Position numbers and translations under genes: made by a program
Notes under the pieces: model-generated
Told to the model about the DNA's origin: nothing
The model's database searches: none
The model's input: only the letters and a program-made list of their open reading frames with translations
Origin: Harriotta raleighana
Lineage: Eukaryota
Reading direction: 5' to 3'
Assembly (NCBI GenBank): GCA_050575255.1
Contig: JBNZDD010013727.1
Span: 312,298 to 376,297 of the forward strand
DNA: 64,000 nucleotides
Shown here: positions 13,944 through 26,430 of the stretch, one piece after another
How the letters are laid out: each line of letters opens with the position of its first letter
Position numbering within the stretch: the first letter of the stretch is position 1

Positions 13944-15077
13944 CTGGGAATAAAGCATAAAGATACATCACACTGAAGCAAACATTAAAAACTTGATCAG
14001 TGATTCAGTGATAGAACCATTCACTTTACAGAAACATACAGGACAACAGGCTGGATGCTGGATAAAGGTCACATTTCATCTATGAGATGTGTCATTTGAT
14101 AACATAAAAATATATCCTGGTCCATTATATGTCATCATTTTCAAAACTGGAACTTTTTAAAGGTAATGCGTTTTTATGAAATAGCTATAATAAAATACAG
14201 ATCTTAAAATCCCACACAATACTGGCTGAGTTATGACTTTCATCTAAAGTATGGATATTGCCATAACGTCTGAGCAATGAAGTGCTGAATAAGTCATCAA
14301 GGCACCCACACAATAGTTAGAAGACACATTTCATTCATTAATATATCACTTTCAGTTTATACAATAAGTGGCTATTGTTTGCTTACAAAATTGGAATTTT
14401 AGTGATGGGACAAATAGTCAATTAAAAACTGGAATTAGAGTTTCAGGTGGGCTAAAGGGAGAAGAATAGTGAATGTGGTAAAGCTCCCATTAATGGAATA
14501 CAGATTAGATTTAATCCTATCCAAGATATTATTGTACATATAATGCACGATAACAAATAGTGTAAGTTATTTGTGCTGTACTGCAATACAATGTACAAAA
14601 TTCAAAAGGAATTTATAGGACTTGAAATGACTATTTTGTTTTTCTTGCCAAGTTCCAAAATAAACAATAGCAAATAAAAATTAAATAAATAATCTAGAGC
14701 ATTCAATTACATATCAAGCTCCTATGGAGTATTTTGTCAAATAAGTACAACATTTTCTCAAGAATTGGTTGATATAAACCAACTCCACCACCTCTCTGTA
14801 GTCAATTCCACATATTCACCGTTCTTTACATTGTAATTCAATCGTAACAGTGAAATCTAAATTTAGTTTTCCTTAAAGAGCTGCATAAACATACTGCATC
14901 AAGATAATAAAGTAAAAATGGAGAATATTCATCCTCACCAGATCTGTTATTTACCAAACGGAGTTTCTCTGGTCTCCTGGCAAATAATTCCCCAAATAAA
15001 ATTATTAATTAATTTCATAACTATTTGTGAAACACAGGCTACTGTATTTACCTACAAAGATAACACAGATAAAGGGA

Positions 15078-15350
15078 CACCCACACACAGATAGAGAGAC
15101 AGACACAGATAGATACACAGAGAGAGAGAGAGAGAGAGACACACACACACTCAGATACAGAGAGCGAGGGAGAGACAGAGACACACACAGATACATAGAG
15201 AGAAAGAGGGGGAGAGAGAGACACAGACAGATGCACACACACAGACAGAGAGAGACACACACCTAGAGACAGAGAGAGAGACACACACACACATACACAC
15301 ACACACCCAGAGAGGGAGAGAGACCACAGAGAGAGAGAGAGAGACAGAGA
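15078..15350. repeat. Compound (GA)n/(CA)n microsatellite
   Basis: Directly visible; explains the spurious ORFs at 15005-15302. Confidence 0.95.
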
Positions 15351-15680
15351 AAAAGTCGCGATTTTTCCAACCTCGTTCGTTTTTATTTTGTTAATGGAAA
15401 CTCACGCATAGTAATGCTTGTCTAAGCATCACAACACAGAAGTTGCTACATTGGTCGATTTGACCTAAAATAGGTCGGGTGAGGGCTGCAATTGCAAAGT
15501 TAAGTATAAATAAAAATACTAACACAATATTCTGTTGTTATTTAGTCTATTATTAATATGGAATGTGTTGAAATAATCTTTTTTTAATTTTTATTTTTTT
15601 TTAAAATCCGTTCAACTGGAAAAACGATTTAACCGCTACTGGCCAGGTCCCATGGGTGCCGGATAAACGAGGTTTTACTG
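15351..15680 (+). mobile_element. Tigger/pogo-like MITE, one end
   Basis: Ends ggataaacgaggttttactg|TA; same family as 60084 and 61330. Confidence 0.75.
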
Positions 15681-15970
15681 TATTGTAAAGTGAATTTACT
15701 GTGCATTTGTGGGCGAAACGCTGCAGCCAATTGCGCACAGAGTGTCCCACAAACAGGCGTGGATTGAAAATGACCAATTTTTATTATTGTGTTTTTTTTT
15801 GATAAACGGATAAACTATTGACCTGTGTCCTTCTCCTATATGCACACAGGATTATTATTAGGCCAAGGTTCAACCCAAGGTTACTTGCCCAAGGTTTCGC
15901 CCTGATCCGCCTGGATGTGAATACAGGTCTCACGCTTGTAAGGGAGTGCTCTAACCACTGAGCTACAGCT
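15681..15970 (-). mobile_element. Young Deu SINE, truncated by the MITE and carrying an internal insertion
   Basis: Reverse complement of the 7974 family from head to Deu domain. Confidence 0.85.
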
Positions 15971-15971
15971 A

Positions 15972-16678
15972 ATGGAAAAGGAGGCGGTGAGGCAAAGGGA
16001 TTGAGGCAGAGTTCCAGAGTTTTGGGGCATAGTGGCTGAAGGCACGGCCGCCAATGGTGGAGCGGAGGATTCGGGAGACAAGGAGGAGGCCAGACTCAGT
16101 AGAGCGGAGTCAGCGGGTACTGCTGCGAGGAGAGAATAGGTTACAGAAGTAGGATGATGCAGAGGAGTGGAGGGATTTAAACACAAGAATGAGGATCTTG
16201 AAGTTGATCTGCTCTATGACAGGGAGCCAGTGAAATCTGGCAACAACTAGGGTAATTGGGGAGCGAAGTTTGGTTCAGATGAGAATGTGGGCGTCGGGGG
16301 TTCTGTATGGGCTGTATTTTGTATGAGCTCATCCATCTCTCGATGTCTGACAAGACAGGCTGACAGAACATCAGGGGACTGGGGAGTCACAATTTGAGGT
16401 GGAAAAGTAGAGTTTGGTGTCATCTGCATAATGTGGACGTTTACCCCATGTCTGTGGATGACATCACCAAGAGGGAGCATGTAGATAAGGAAGAGAAGGG
16501 GGCCAAGGATGGATCCTCGGGTTACCCAGCAGGTGACCGGGTGAAAGTGAGAGGAAAAGCCATTTGTAGAGATCTACTGCCAGCTGTTAGTGAGGTAGAA
16601 TTCGAACCAAGGAAGTGCGGGCCCACTGAGGTGGATGACGGAAGACAGGCGTTCGAGGAAGATGGCGTGATCGACTGA
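15972..16678 (-). mobile_element. L2 LINE ORF2 fragment (RT region to C-terminus, internally deleted)
   Basis: [16 protein letters not shown] followed by a frameshifted YADDT motif, typical of L2 RT. Confidence 0.88.
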
Positions 16679-16679
16679 A

Positions 16680-17030
16680 AACACATTTCTTCTGATCTCT
16701 CATCTCCCTTGATACTGATTAACTATTGACCTGTGTCCTCCTATATGCACACAGCCTAATGGTCTCCTCTCGGCAGTTTAAAGACCTGGAGGATCATATC
16801 CCTCCCTATATCCTGATCTGCAATGAAAATACATTCAGCTGTTAACTTCTCCAAATAACTTTAACCCTGGGTCTCAGAAACATCTATCTTACTTTCTCTG
16901 AATCTGCTCAATGGAATAATATCCTTTTGAAGATCGGATAACCAAAATTGCTGAGTCCCAAATATAACCTCTTAATATGAGGCGAGAATAACTTCACCTT
17001 GCAACCAAATGGCTTTACAATGCATCCTAG
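16680..17030 (-). mobile_element. Old CR1 fragment
   Basis: Degenerate similarity to the reverse complement of the CR1 ORF2 3' region. Confidence 0.45.
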
Positions 17031-17159
17031 TATTTTATTTGCTTTTAACAGGAATAGAGTTTACAATAATGGGTGAATTGCTTGCCACTATGTTGTTATG
17101 AATAATGTGATGGTCAGGGCAACCACAATGCGATGCATCACATTGCAGTATAAATAATA

Positions 17160-17320
17160 TATAATAATAATCCTTGCATTTGATATAGCGCTTTTCACAT
17201 CTTATCGACGTCCCAAAGCGCTTCACAGAATATACTGTAAAGTTAATTGACTGTATAATTGTGGGCGGAATTTGGCAGCCAATTGCGCACAGCAGAGTCC
17301 CACAAACAGTCATGGATTGA
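17160..17320 (-). mobile_element. Young Deu SINE 3' half
   Basis: Near-identical to the reverse complement of 8140-8295. Confidence 0.9.
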
Positions 17321-17479
17321 AACAGTCAGTATTTCACATTCTACTGTGTGGTATATGCTGTGCATGAATAATAATTGCATTGTATATTGAACAATATTAC
17401 AAATTGTCCCTCAATATCATCTTATGACCCTTTGCTCTATATGCTACATAAATGCAATTTATTGTGATTGTTCGATTAA

Positions 17480-18160
17480 CACTTTTTTTCAAATCCCTTC
17501 ATACCCTGACACCTGCCTACCTCTCTAACCTGCTTACCCTCTTCCATACAACCCGCTGCCGCTGCTCGACTGGCTCTGGGGTCTGTGTGTGTGGATTAGA
17601 ACTGTACCTGGATGTGCAAGAAGCAAACATCACTCTATGTCCCAGTATCTCAATCATGCGCTCCACTCCACNCAATTGTCCCTCAATATCGTCTTATGAC
17701 CCTTTGCTCTATATGCTACATAAATGCAATTTATTATGATTGTTCGATTACCACTTTTTTTCAAATCCCTTCATACCCTGACACCTGCCTACCTCTCTAA
17801 CCTGCTTACCCTCTTCCATACAATCCGCTGCTCGACTGGCTCTGGGGTCTGTGTGTGTGGATTAGAACTGTACCTGGATGTGCAAGAAGCAAACATCACT
17901 CTATGTCCCAGTATCTCAATCATGCGCTCCACTCCACCTTTGGTGGCCATGCTTTCAGCCACTATGGCATAAAACACCCTTCCTCTATCCCTCCTCCTTG
18001 CCCCTTCTTTCCTCATCTTCAGGTCGTGCCTTGAGGCCTCCCTATTCAATTGTGCCTATTGTCACCTCCCATTCCCTCTGGTGGTGTGCCCTGCCACTGT
18101 AAAGTGCTCTAGGATGCTTCCCTGCCTGAAGGGTGCTATATAAATTCAAGTTGTTGTTCT
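17480..18160 (+). mobile_element. L2 LINE 3' end (partly duplicated across n17672)
   Basis: FKSLHTLTPAYLSNLL peptide; tail gctatataaattcaagttgttgtt. Confidence 0.8.
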
Positions 18161-18249
18161 GTGCGCTCAAGCTAAAATCCTCTAGAAATGCACTACAGTT
18201 GGTAACGAGCAAGAGTACGTTAGAGCACTTGAGATAATTGATTGACTGA

Positions 18250-18553
18250 GTGGAGTGCTGTAGCTCAGTAGTTAGAGCACTTGCCTGACAAGCAAGAGAC
18301 TTGTTCGGATTCCAGACAGGGTAAAACCTTGAGCAAGTTTCCTTACATGCCTGAAAATAATCACTCCAAAAAAATTGGTCATTTCAATCCACAACTGTTT
18401 GGTGGGACACTGCAGCGCACAATTGGCTGCCACATTCCGCCCACAAGTGATCAGTCAATTTACTTTACAGTATATTCTGTGAAGCGCTTTGAGGTGTCTA
18501 GAAGACATTATGAGGCGCTATATCAAATACAAAGATTATTATTATTAATAATA
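18250..18553 (+). mobile_element. Young Deu SINE, full length
   Basis: Same family as 7974. Confidence 0.9.
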
Positions 18554-19693
18554 ATAAAGCAGAATATTCTGCTTTCAAATTCATGCTTGATTATTCCATA
18601 TTGTCTTTCTGGTNTAAATACAAAGATTATTATTATTTGTATATTCTGCTTTCAAATTCATGCTTGATTATTCCATATTGTCTTTCTGGTCTTTAGTTGA
18701 GCATTGGCAGACTCCAGTAGAATACCCGAAAGCATTTTACTACTATAGCTGCTATTGTAAGTGAACTAATTTCAAAATTCATGTCTTACAGTGATTGGTC
18801 AACTAAGTAATATAATACATTATACATTCAATAAGCTTGGTGCAAATACTCTTAATAGAGGATACTCCTTGAAACTTGTCAGATACAATTATCAATGGGT
18901 CACTATTGCAACCTTTATATGTATGTATAAAAAAACTTTCCAATCATTAGAAAATGAGTAATTAATAAAGTGAGATGGAATTAGTGTGAATTAAGGTAAT
19001 GTTACACTAGAGGGAGTGATGTAGGATTATTAATTTTTAGGTTGAATTTACCCAGCTCAGTATCCTGCCAGGCTTCTATATTGAAATGTCTATGAGCTGT
19101 GAGCAGATGCATCATATTTGCCTTTTCCCTGCCTTGTACATTCCTATCTTTCTATGTAATGGAGAATGTGTGTATATTCAAAGCAGTTTTAAAACACTTC
19201 AGTGAATCTACCCCAAACTGGATGGGCCATTCTAAGCAGTTAATTTACATCTCCCATTATATTTTGGCAGTGTGATTGCAAAGGGAACATTTATTGAGTT
19301 GCACGTAATATTGCATAGCATGTGATTGTAGAAAAATATTCAAATTAAAAAGCAATTTGTTATGACTGTTGTAAAGGGGAAATAGTCCTGTAAAAACAAA
19401 AACATGTCCTGAACACATCAAGCCTCAAAATATAGTTATCTTGAGGTTTCATTTTATTAATATTATTAAACTTCAAAATATATTTGACTACACAAGAAAA
19501 TGACCTAAATGCCATGAGCTAATCTTCAGTCATCTGAATTGTAACTCACTCCTGTGATTGTTTCATAATTCTACACTTATTACCAGTATCAGAACTATTT
19601 GTCTTACTGCTTGACAATAATGCTCTCTAATACTAATCCATACCCTAGCAGAAAGTTACAGCAATATTCAGTTGTCATTAAGTAAGAATTTAC

Positions 19694-19778
19694 TTGTAGA
19701 GTGTTAGATGTCAAGGACCCAGCAGCACTTCTTTCCTCACGTGCAGGAGATGGTTTGTGTGTAGGAGGAAGATCAATC
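19694..19778 (-). CDS. NECTIN3: Nectin-3 beta/gamma second cytoplasmic exon
   Basis: ttctcttgtgcag|G ATT GAT (phase 2, joins AT|G) to CAA|gtaaat. 85 bp encoding IDLPPTHKPSPAREERSAAGSLTSNTLQ, matching mammalian IDLPPTHKPPP.YEERS. Confidence 0.92.
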
Positions 19779-20170
19779 CTGCACAAGAGAAATAAAACGT
19801 TCATTATTTCTGCATTTTGGTGTGTGCAACTTAGCACTCACATGAGTCTCATTTATTTATGTTAGCAAACATTTCTATTAGATAATGAAATGGTTTATCA
19901 CAGATGTGAAACAAAGATTGACTACCATACTGCATTCACATAATCTGTCAGTTATAGCGAGAATAGAGACAAAATAGAGTTCATGAACCCAACTCAACAG
20001 AATCTCTCTCTATTCCAATTTAACAAATATATTTTAAAAATTCATATTTATGTCTTAAGAATTAATTTCCGATTTCTATTTATTTGTAAACCTATTCATT
20101 TCTCGACCTGTATCTATTTGATCAATCTTTACATCTTAATGGAATAATGAGTTCTAGGTACAGTACTTAC

Positions 20171-20309
20171 ATCTTATCTAGGTACGAAGGTCTTCGCTTC
20201 CTTCGAGTCAGGAGGACAATGAGGAATATTGTTATAAGAATCAAGGCAAGCACAGCTCCAATAACTGCACCTGCTACTGCTGCAGATGCAGTGTATTTTT
20301 CTGGACGAT
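20171..20309 (-). CDS. NECTIN3: Nectin-3 beta/gamma alternative TM exon
   Basis: ttttacag|AT CGT... (phase 1, same as the alpha exon) to AAG AT|gtaagt. 139 bp encoding DRPEKYTASAAVAGAVIGAVLALILITIFLIVLLTRRKRRPSYLDK, matching mammalian nectin-3 beta VAGAVIGAVLAL...RPSYLDK. Not shown in this frame by the ORF track. Confidence 0.93.
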
Positions 20310-20989
20310 CTGTAAAATAGGTTTAAGTGATTTAAACCTGTCTCTTGTTGAATACCTAGCATAAAAGCATCACCAATGCACATGGCATTGTGTTTTTAAA
20401 AAAATTGTTACATTATCCAAGATAAAATGTTCACGGTAGCTGAAATAACAGGTTAATTCTTCTTCCAATGACTTGAGACCTTCTGAGTAGCTTATTATAA
20501 AGAAAACAACTTTTTGATATAGACCAGATTTTTGACAGTTGTGAAATATGTTATTTTGTGGTTCAAGCCACAGTGTATGATTGCTTCTTTCTACAATAAT
20601 ACCTCTGGACATGGCTTTCAGCAGTCTTTATTCTCTACAACATTTTAGCAACACTCTCACTTTGAGGTTTTCTTTCCAATTTCAGTAGCTTTATGTAATG
20701 ACTGAATCATGTTGCTCTGTGATTGTCTGTTCACTATTGGATAATGTGAGCCAATATTGCAACTGGATTTAATTGCACATCATTTATATGACTAAATTGG
20801 CTCCACAGTCGAGTCACAACTGACTGCTTGGTATCTAATAGTTAAAAAACATCCAACGACCTATTCTTGAAAACTTTCCACAAAGAACTAAGTGACACTA
20901 TCGCTTTTTAAAATTTTATTTTGTGTTGTATTTGCATTGTATTCTGTGTGTGTTATACAATATTATATTTTGCGTGTTATACTTGGGAT

Positions 20990-21362
20990 AATGTAGCATA
21001 GCATAATGGTTAAGCACACTTCCCTCGCTAGCAAAAGAAACCGGGTTTGAATCCCGAGTGGTGAGAAACCTTAGGGAAGTTTCTTTACTCCACATGTGTC
21101 TGTTGACCTAGCAGTAAGTAGGAACCTGGTTATGAGTTGATAGGCAGATTGTTTTATGGAGATAATAATCCCTTAAAAGAATGTAAATAAGAATTTAGTC
21201 ACAGAATCCATGACTGTTTCTAGGACATTGCTGTCGAAATTGACTGCTGTGTTTCACCCAAAAAATACACAGTCAATCCACTCTACAATATATTTTGTGA
21301 AGTGCGTTGAGATGTCTGAACAAAGGTGATCAGGTTCTACATGAAATGCAAGGATTATTATC
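20990..21362 (+). mobile_element. Longer, older variant of the tRNA-Deu SINE with an extra central segment
   Basis: Head, then ttactccaca, then gacctagcagtaagtaggaacc segment, Deu domain and tail. Confidence 0.75.
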
Positions 21363-21689
21363 CTTGTATTGAAGATGAAGATAGACACTTTTCAGTGATA
21401 ATACTGCACTTTCAATCAATCAAAATTACATTTATACAGCGCCTTTCACATCGGGAGGACGTCCCAAGACGCTGTATAGTCAATTAGGGATCAGAGCGGG
21501 GGGAGGGGTCGGGGGAAGGAAAGTGGGAAAAATTGACTGTATATTTGTGGGCAAACGTTTTGTTGGACAACTTCAAGCAAGTCCAAACCAGATTTAATTC
21601 CACATTTGTATTTCATTATTTGGTAAATATAGCAATAAACAAATCCTAAATCATGCAGCTTTTTAATACTTATAAATTGTAAAATTATA

Positions 21690-22035
21690 GCAAAATTAAA
21701 CCCATGGATAAAAGGAGCATGGGTATGATATTGACTGGGAGAAAGCAAAGGGCAGAAGTGAATGGTTGTTTTTCAGACTGAAGAGAAGTATTCAGTGGTG
21801 TTCCCCAGGGATCAGTATTAGTTCCACTTCTCTGTTTGATATACATAAGTGACTTGGATTTGCGTGTATAGAGAGCAAAATGTTAAAGTTTGCTGATGAC
21901 ATAAAACCCCCCCAAATTGCAAGGATATGGGGAAAGAGCAGGACTGATTGTGGAGCTCTTCCAAAGAGGGGGCACGGGCATGATGGGCAGAATGGTATCC
22001 TTCTGTACTATAATATTCTATGATTCTTTGATTCT
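21690..22035 (+). mobile_element. CR1 fragment, internally deleted
   Basis: SGVPQGSVL and KFADD coding remnants joined to a CR1 3' UTR with an attctatgattct tail. Confidence 0.85.
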
Positions 22036-23814
22036 ATTTTGGGGATAAAATGATCATTAACATGGTTGACACTCAACTAAAGTGTACCTAACAATTTTTA
22101 GTTCCAACAGGAGAGGGCAGCACTGATATGTACCCGGCTTAAAGTAAAAAGGTTCCTCCAAGTGAGAAGATAATTGTTATCTTTATCAAAATTTTGTGAA
22201 CATTTCAAATGCTAATAAAATGCATTGCTTTTTTCAACTGTTCACACCTCTTGCAATAGGTAATCGCATACCATGTGAGATTGCTAGGTTAATTCAAGGA
22301 CTTGGATGAGGAAAGATCATTTAAATAACAAGCAACAGTGGCTGGAATGTTGATGAACCAAATTAGAGAGACAAATATTTGATCGCATTATTTCTGACCA
22401 GCTTGTGCTTATCTCAAAGTCTGCAGCACAGCAGAACACATCGGGTAAGGGAATAAAACAAATACAGAAGATGGAAGCATCAAGATCAGTACCGGAGAAA
22501 AAAAGTTTAAAATACTTCACTCTGTCCTGTCTTATGTTGGTATTCACAGCTTCTGCTGCAATGTAATAACACTACACTTGTGCTGCTGTCTATCCAATAG
22601 GAAAACACATGAATGTTAGCATTCCTATCCCTGGCATCCCCAATCCTAGTCTGTAGCTACATATTTAAAAAAATGACCGACTCAAATAAAGAAGCCATTA
22701 TTTGATGGAATAAAGAGCTTCTTCTCTTCACAAACACTTAACCTTTATTTGTTCTTTCCCTCTACGAGGAAAGTAGCCAGACAACTGTACGATAAAAGGT
22801 AAAAGATGCTTTCCTTTCTCATACAGCTCTGTGCATGAATCACAACCTTTCAGTGGTGAATTTTTCCCTCAATGAGGTACAATCTTGCTTGTCAATAGTT
22901 GTTTTTGAAAGAGAGACAAAGAAATGTACCACTTGAAGTAGTACCCAATTATACGATATGAAGCCCATGTTCAGAAGGAGAAATGAGACACAATGAAGAA
23001 TGAAAAGTGGGTTTTAGCAACGCAAGGCTATTTTGTTATATGAACAATGGAGGAAAAAGGGTGGGAATTATCAGGTAATTTAGAAGGAAGACAGACAATT
23101 TTGTTACCAAGCAACAGCATGTTTCCACATGTTCTCTTCACTGAGCCATATTATTTTTAAACTATTAATGAATATGTAGAGCAATGCAACTCTCTCTGGG
23201 GGAGTTTTAACTAACAGAGGCATAAACTGGTGAAATCATAGTGGAATTCAATTATCACCCAGTATCAACCATTCAGAATGACAAATGCACAATTCAGTTT
23301 AGAGATGTTTTTGATACAGTACTTAGGAATAAAACACCTCTGCAACTTTGCTTTGTCGGTTACTCCGGCAGATCACACTGACTTCTAAATCCTCAACATT
23401 GGCATTTCCATTCAATGTTTGATGCATTTGGAACTCATTTACATATATTTAGCTACAGAAGCAATTATCATTTAGTGCCAGTGATTGAGATGTAACTGGT
23501 CAGATTTTACAGCGCTGTTTTCAAGCTGATAGAAATACGAGCTTCATTCTTTTAGCCCAAAATAGAGGCTTCGCTCGCCCGATAGATAGACAACCATTCA
23601 CCCAATAGATCAGTGGTTTCCAATCTGTGGGTGGCGCGTACTGTTGGTTGGTGGGGTGTGGCTGTTATTGTTCTTATTATAAGTAAACCCCGGTTAACGT
23701 TGCGACGTTTGCTAATACGTTGTTCACCAGGGGGTGGAAAGNCGAGCTTCATTCTTTTAGCCCAAAATAGAGGCTTTGCTCCCCCGTAGATAGACAACCA
23801 TTCACCCAATAGAT

Positions 23815-24344
23815 CAGTGGTTTCCTATCTGTGGAGCGCACCTCCCTTGGGGGGCGCGTACTGTTGGTTGGGGGTGTGTGGCTGTTATTGTTCTTATTAT
23901 AAGTAAACCCTGGTTAACGTTGCGACGTTTGCTAATACGTTGTTCACCAGGGGGTGGAAAGAGGGCACGACGACTCTAGGACCTGGGAGTGAGTTAGGTC
24001 GGCAGCGAGAGAGCGAGCCAGGCTGGCAGCCAGTGAGACCAGCAGCAAGTGAGTGAGCCGGACAGGCAGTCAAGGAGAAACTTTGCGCTGAAAAGCAAAC
24101 TCACACATCACACTAACAAATTCTAAGTGTCGTAAATTGTAAATGTAAGTGCTGTAATTGGTTTCACAATTCTAATAATTTTTTCATTTAATTACATTTT
24201 TATTAATTTAATGTTTTTGTGAATACTTTAAAAATAAGGATTAAAAACAAGTAAAGAAAATTAGTCAATGTGAAGGAGGGTGTGTGCAATGAAAACTTTG
24301 CTGAGTTGGAGGGGAGGGCACTATTTAAAGTTTGGAAGCCACTG
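23815..24344 (+). mobile_element. hAT (Charlie-like) MITE with 8-bp TSD
   Basis: Ends CAGTGGTTTCC...GGAAGCCACTG; exact TSD caatagat at 23807-23814 and 24345-24352. Confidence 0.85.
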
Positions 24345-24879
24345 CAATAGATAGACAACACTACACCCACAAAATATACAGTAAATTCACTTTACAGTGT
24401 ATTCTGTGAAGCACTTTGAGACATCTCGAAGACCTGATAAATTGCCATAAAATGGAAGGATTATTATTGTGCTTCCAAACAGTCCTATCCTGAATACGAG
24501 ACTTTAAATGATTTGTCAACATCCCAAGATTGTTATTTCTTCCATAAGTATTCTTACAATATCAGACAGAATCTTCTCTCAACAGAATTATATGTAAATC
24601 TATATAATTTATATGACAATAGCTCAATCTTCAGTTCCTATCAACAGCAAGAACATAAATTCTAATGTCAAGATTTCCAAGAATGAGTACGTCTCAAATG
24701 GTCCTAAATTTGATTTCAGTTTTTGCAATATGAGTTACTAGTCTTAGTTGTAGTTATAGCAATATAATAATTCCTTAAACTAAGAGATTTTTGTATCCCA
24801 ATCACAATATTAGACATAAACCCTCTGAAAGGCGAAGATTGTAGAAAGTTATCAACAGTATGAATCTATGAATCTATGA

Positions 24880-25042
24880 ATCCCACAAACAGTTGTGGAT
24901 TGAACTGATCAATTTTTTTTAGGGATTATTATCAGGCATGTAGAATAAGGAAACTTGCCCAAGGTTTTGCCCTGCCTGGAATCGAACCCAGGTCTCTTGC
25001 TTGCAAGATGAGTGTTGTAACCACTGAGCTACAGGACTCCAC
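24880..25042 (-). mobile_element. Young SINE 5' half
   Basis: Reverse complement of the tRNA-like head and central part; abuts a CR1-type (atgaatct)n tail. Confidence 0.85.
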
Positions 25043-25394
25043 AGAAAAGGTAAACATGATTGATTATTTATTTTCTCCTAATGCTCTCTGCACAAAACAA
25101 GCTGGCTTTATATTCAACGTATTCATAGAGATGCCCCTGAGCTGACATAGTGATTGTGACTCTCATCTGTTGTGTGCATCACATTGTTAACAGCCCGTCT
25201 GGGGAATATGTATTGATAGGAATAAAGCACTTTTTATCTTGTAGTATATTAATCATAATTACTTAGAAAGGAATGGAATTTGGAATGCAGTTCACTTAAG
25301 GAGAGATGGACTATAAAGATTGGGAGCCTTTGAAAGGAGTCCTTTGATTGTTATGAGATAGATGCAATATTTCATATTACTGCATCTAGTAAGT

Positions 25395-26430
25395 CCACAT
25401 GTATGCAGATGATACCCAACTCTATCTTTCTGCCTCTATCCTCGATTCCAGGACAACTGCTATCCTGACAGACTACCTGTCAGCAATCAAGTCCTGGATG
25501 AGAGGTAACTTTCTACAGTTGAAAGTCAACAAGATTGAAGCCTACCTGATTGGCTCATGCCAGCGCCTTCGTATATCAGGAACCTCCATGGTTGCACATT
25601 CAATCTCACCAAGTCAGTTAGGAATCTAGGTGTCTTGTTCGATCCCCAACTGTCTTTCCTCCCCCACATCCAAGCAATGACTCCCTCTGCCTTCCCTCAT
25701 GTCCGCAACTGTCCGAATCTGTCACTGCCACTGTCCTCAGGCTGCTGATGCCCTCATTTATGCCTTCATCATACCCAGGCTTAACTACGCCAACGCCCTG
25801 TTCGTCGGCCTACCCAATTCCTCCCTACATAGGCTGCAGATAATCCAGAACTCTGTGACCCATGTCCTCTAGCACTCCAAACCCTGTGACCCCATCTCCC
25901 CCATTTTCGCCCAACCCCATTGACTCCACATCACCCAGAGGATTCAATCGATGATCCTCACCTTCAAAGGTCTCCATGACCTCGCCCCACCCTAGCTCTG
26001 CGACCACCTCACCCCCTACCAACCTGCATCCCCCACCCCTCCATTCCAACAACAACTTGGAATTATATAGCCCCCTCTACGCCGGACGCTGGGTCCATGT
26101 CCCCCGCCCCACCATCAGTGGGTGAGCCTTTAGCNTAGCCCCCTCTACGCCGGACGCCGGGTCCATGTCCCCCGCCCCACCATCAGTGGGTGAGCCTTTA
26201 GCTACTCTGTCCTAACCTCTGCCTCTCCACCTCACTAGACTCCTTCAAGTCTGGCCCCAAGACCCCCCTCTTCAAAGGTCCCATCATTCACCACAAACAC
26301 CTTTCTTTTCCTCCATTCTCCCTGTTCCCAATCCCAGCTCAAGACTGAAACATTGACAGTCCAGCGCCTTGGGATGTCCTCCTGAAATGGAAGGCGGAAG
26401 TGGAATACAAGTGTAACTTTATTGTTGTTA
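25395..26430 (+). mobile_element. L2 LINE, RT to 3' tail
   Basis: YADDTQLYLS, IKSWMRGNFLQL, VRNLGVLFDPQLSF motifs with frameshifts; tail cagcgccttggga...ttgttgtt. Confidence 0.92.

Noticed and set aside
14387-14451. Minus-strand segment with a strong acceptor and gtaagc donor
   Set aside because: Stops in all three frames.
15005-15302. Low-complexity ORFs
   Set aside because: Translations of a microsatellite.
19052-19151. Candidate extra beta exon (KDRNVQG...DTEL) with ag/gt ends
   Set aside because: 100 bp ending in phase 1, incompatible with the phase-0 terminal exon; no convincing similarity. An additional small exon elsewhere cannot be excluded.
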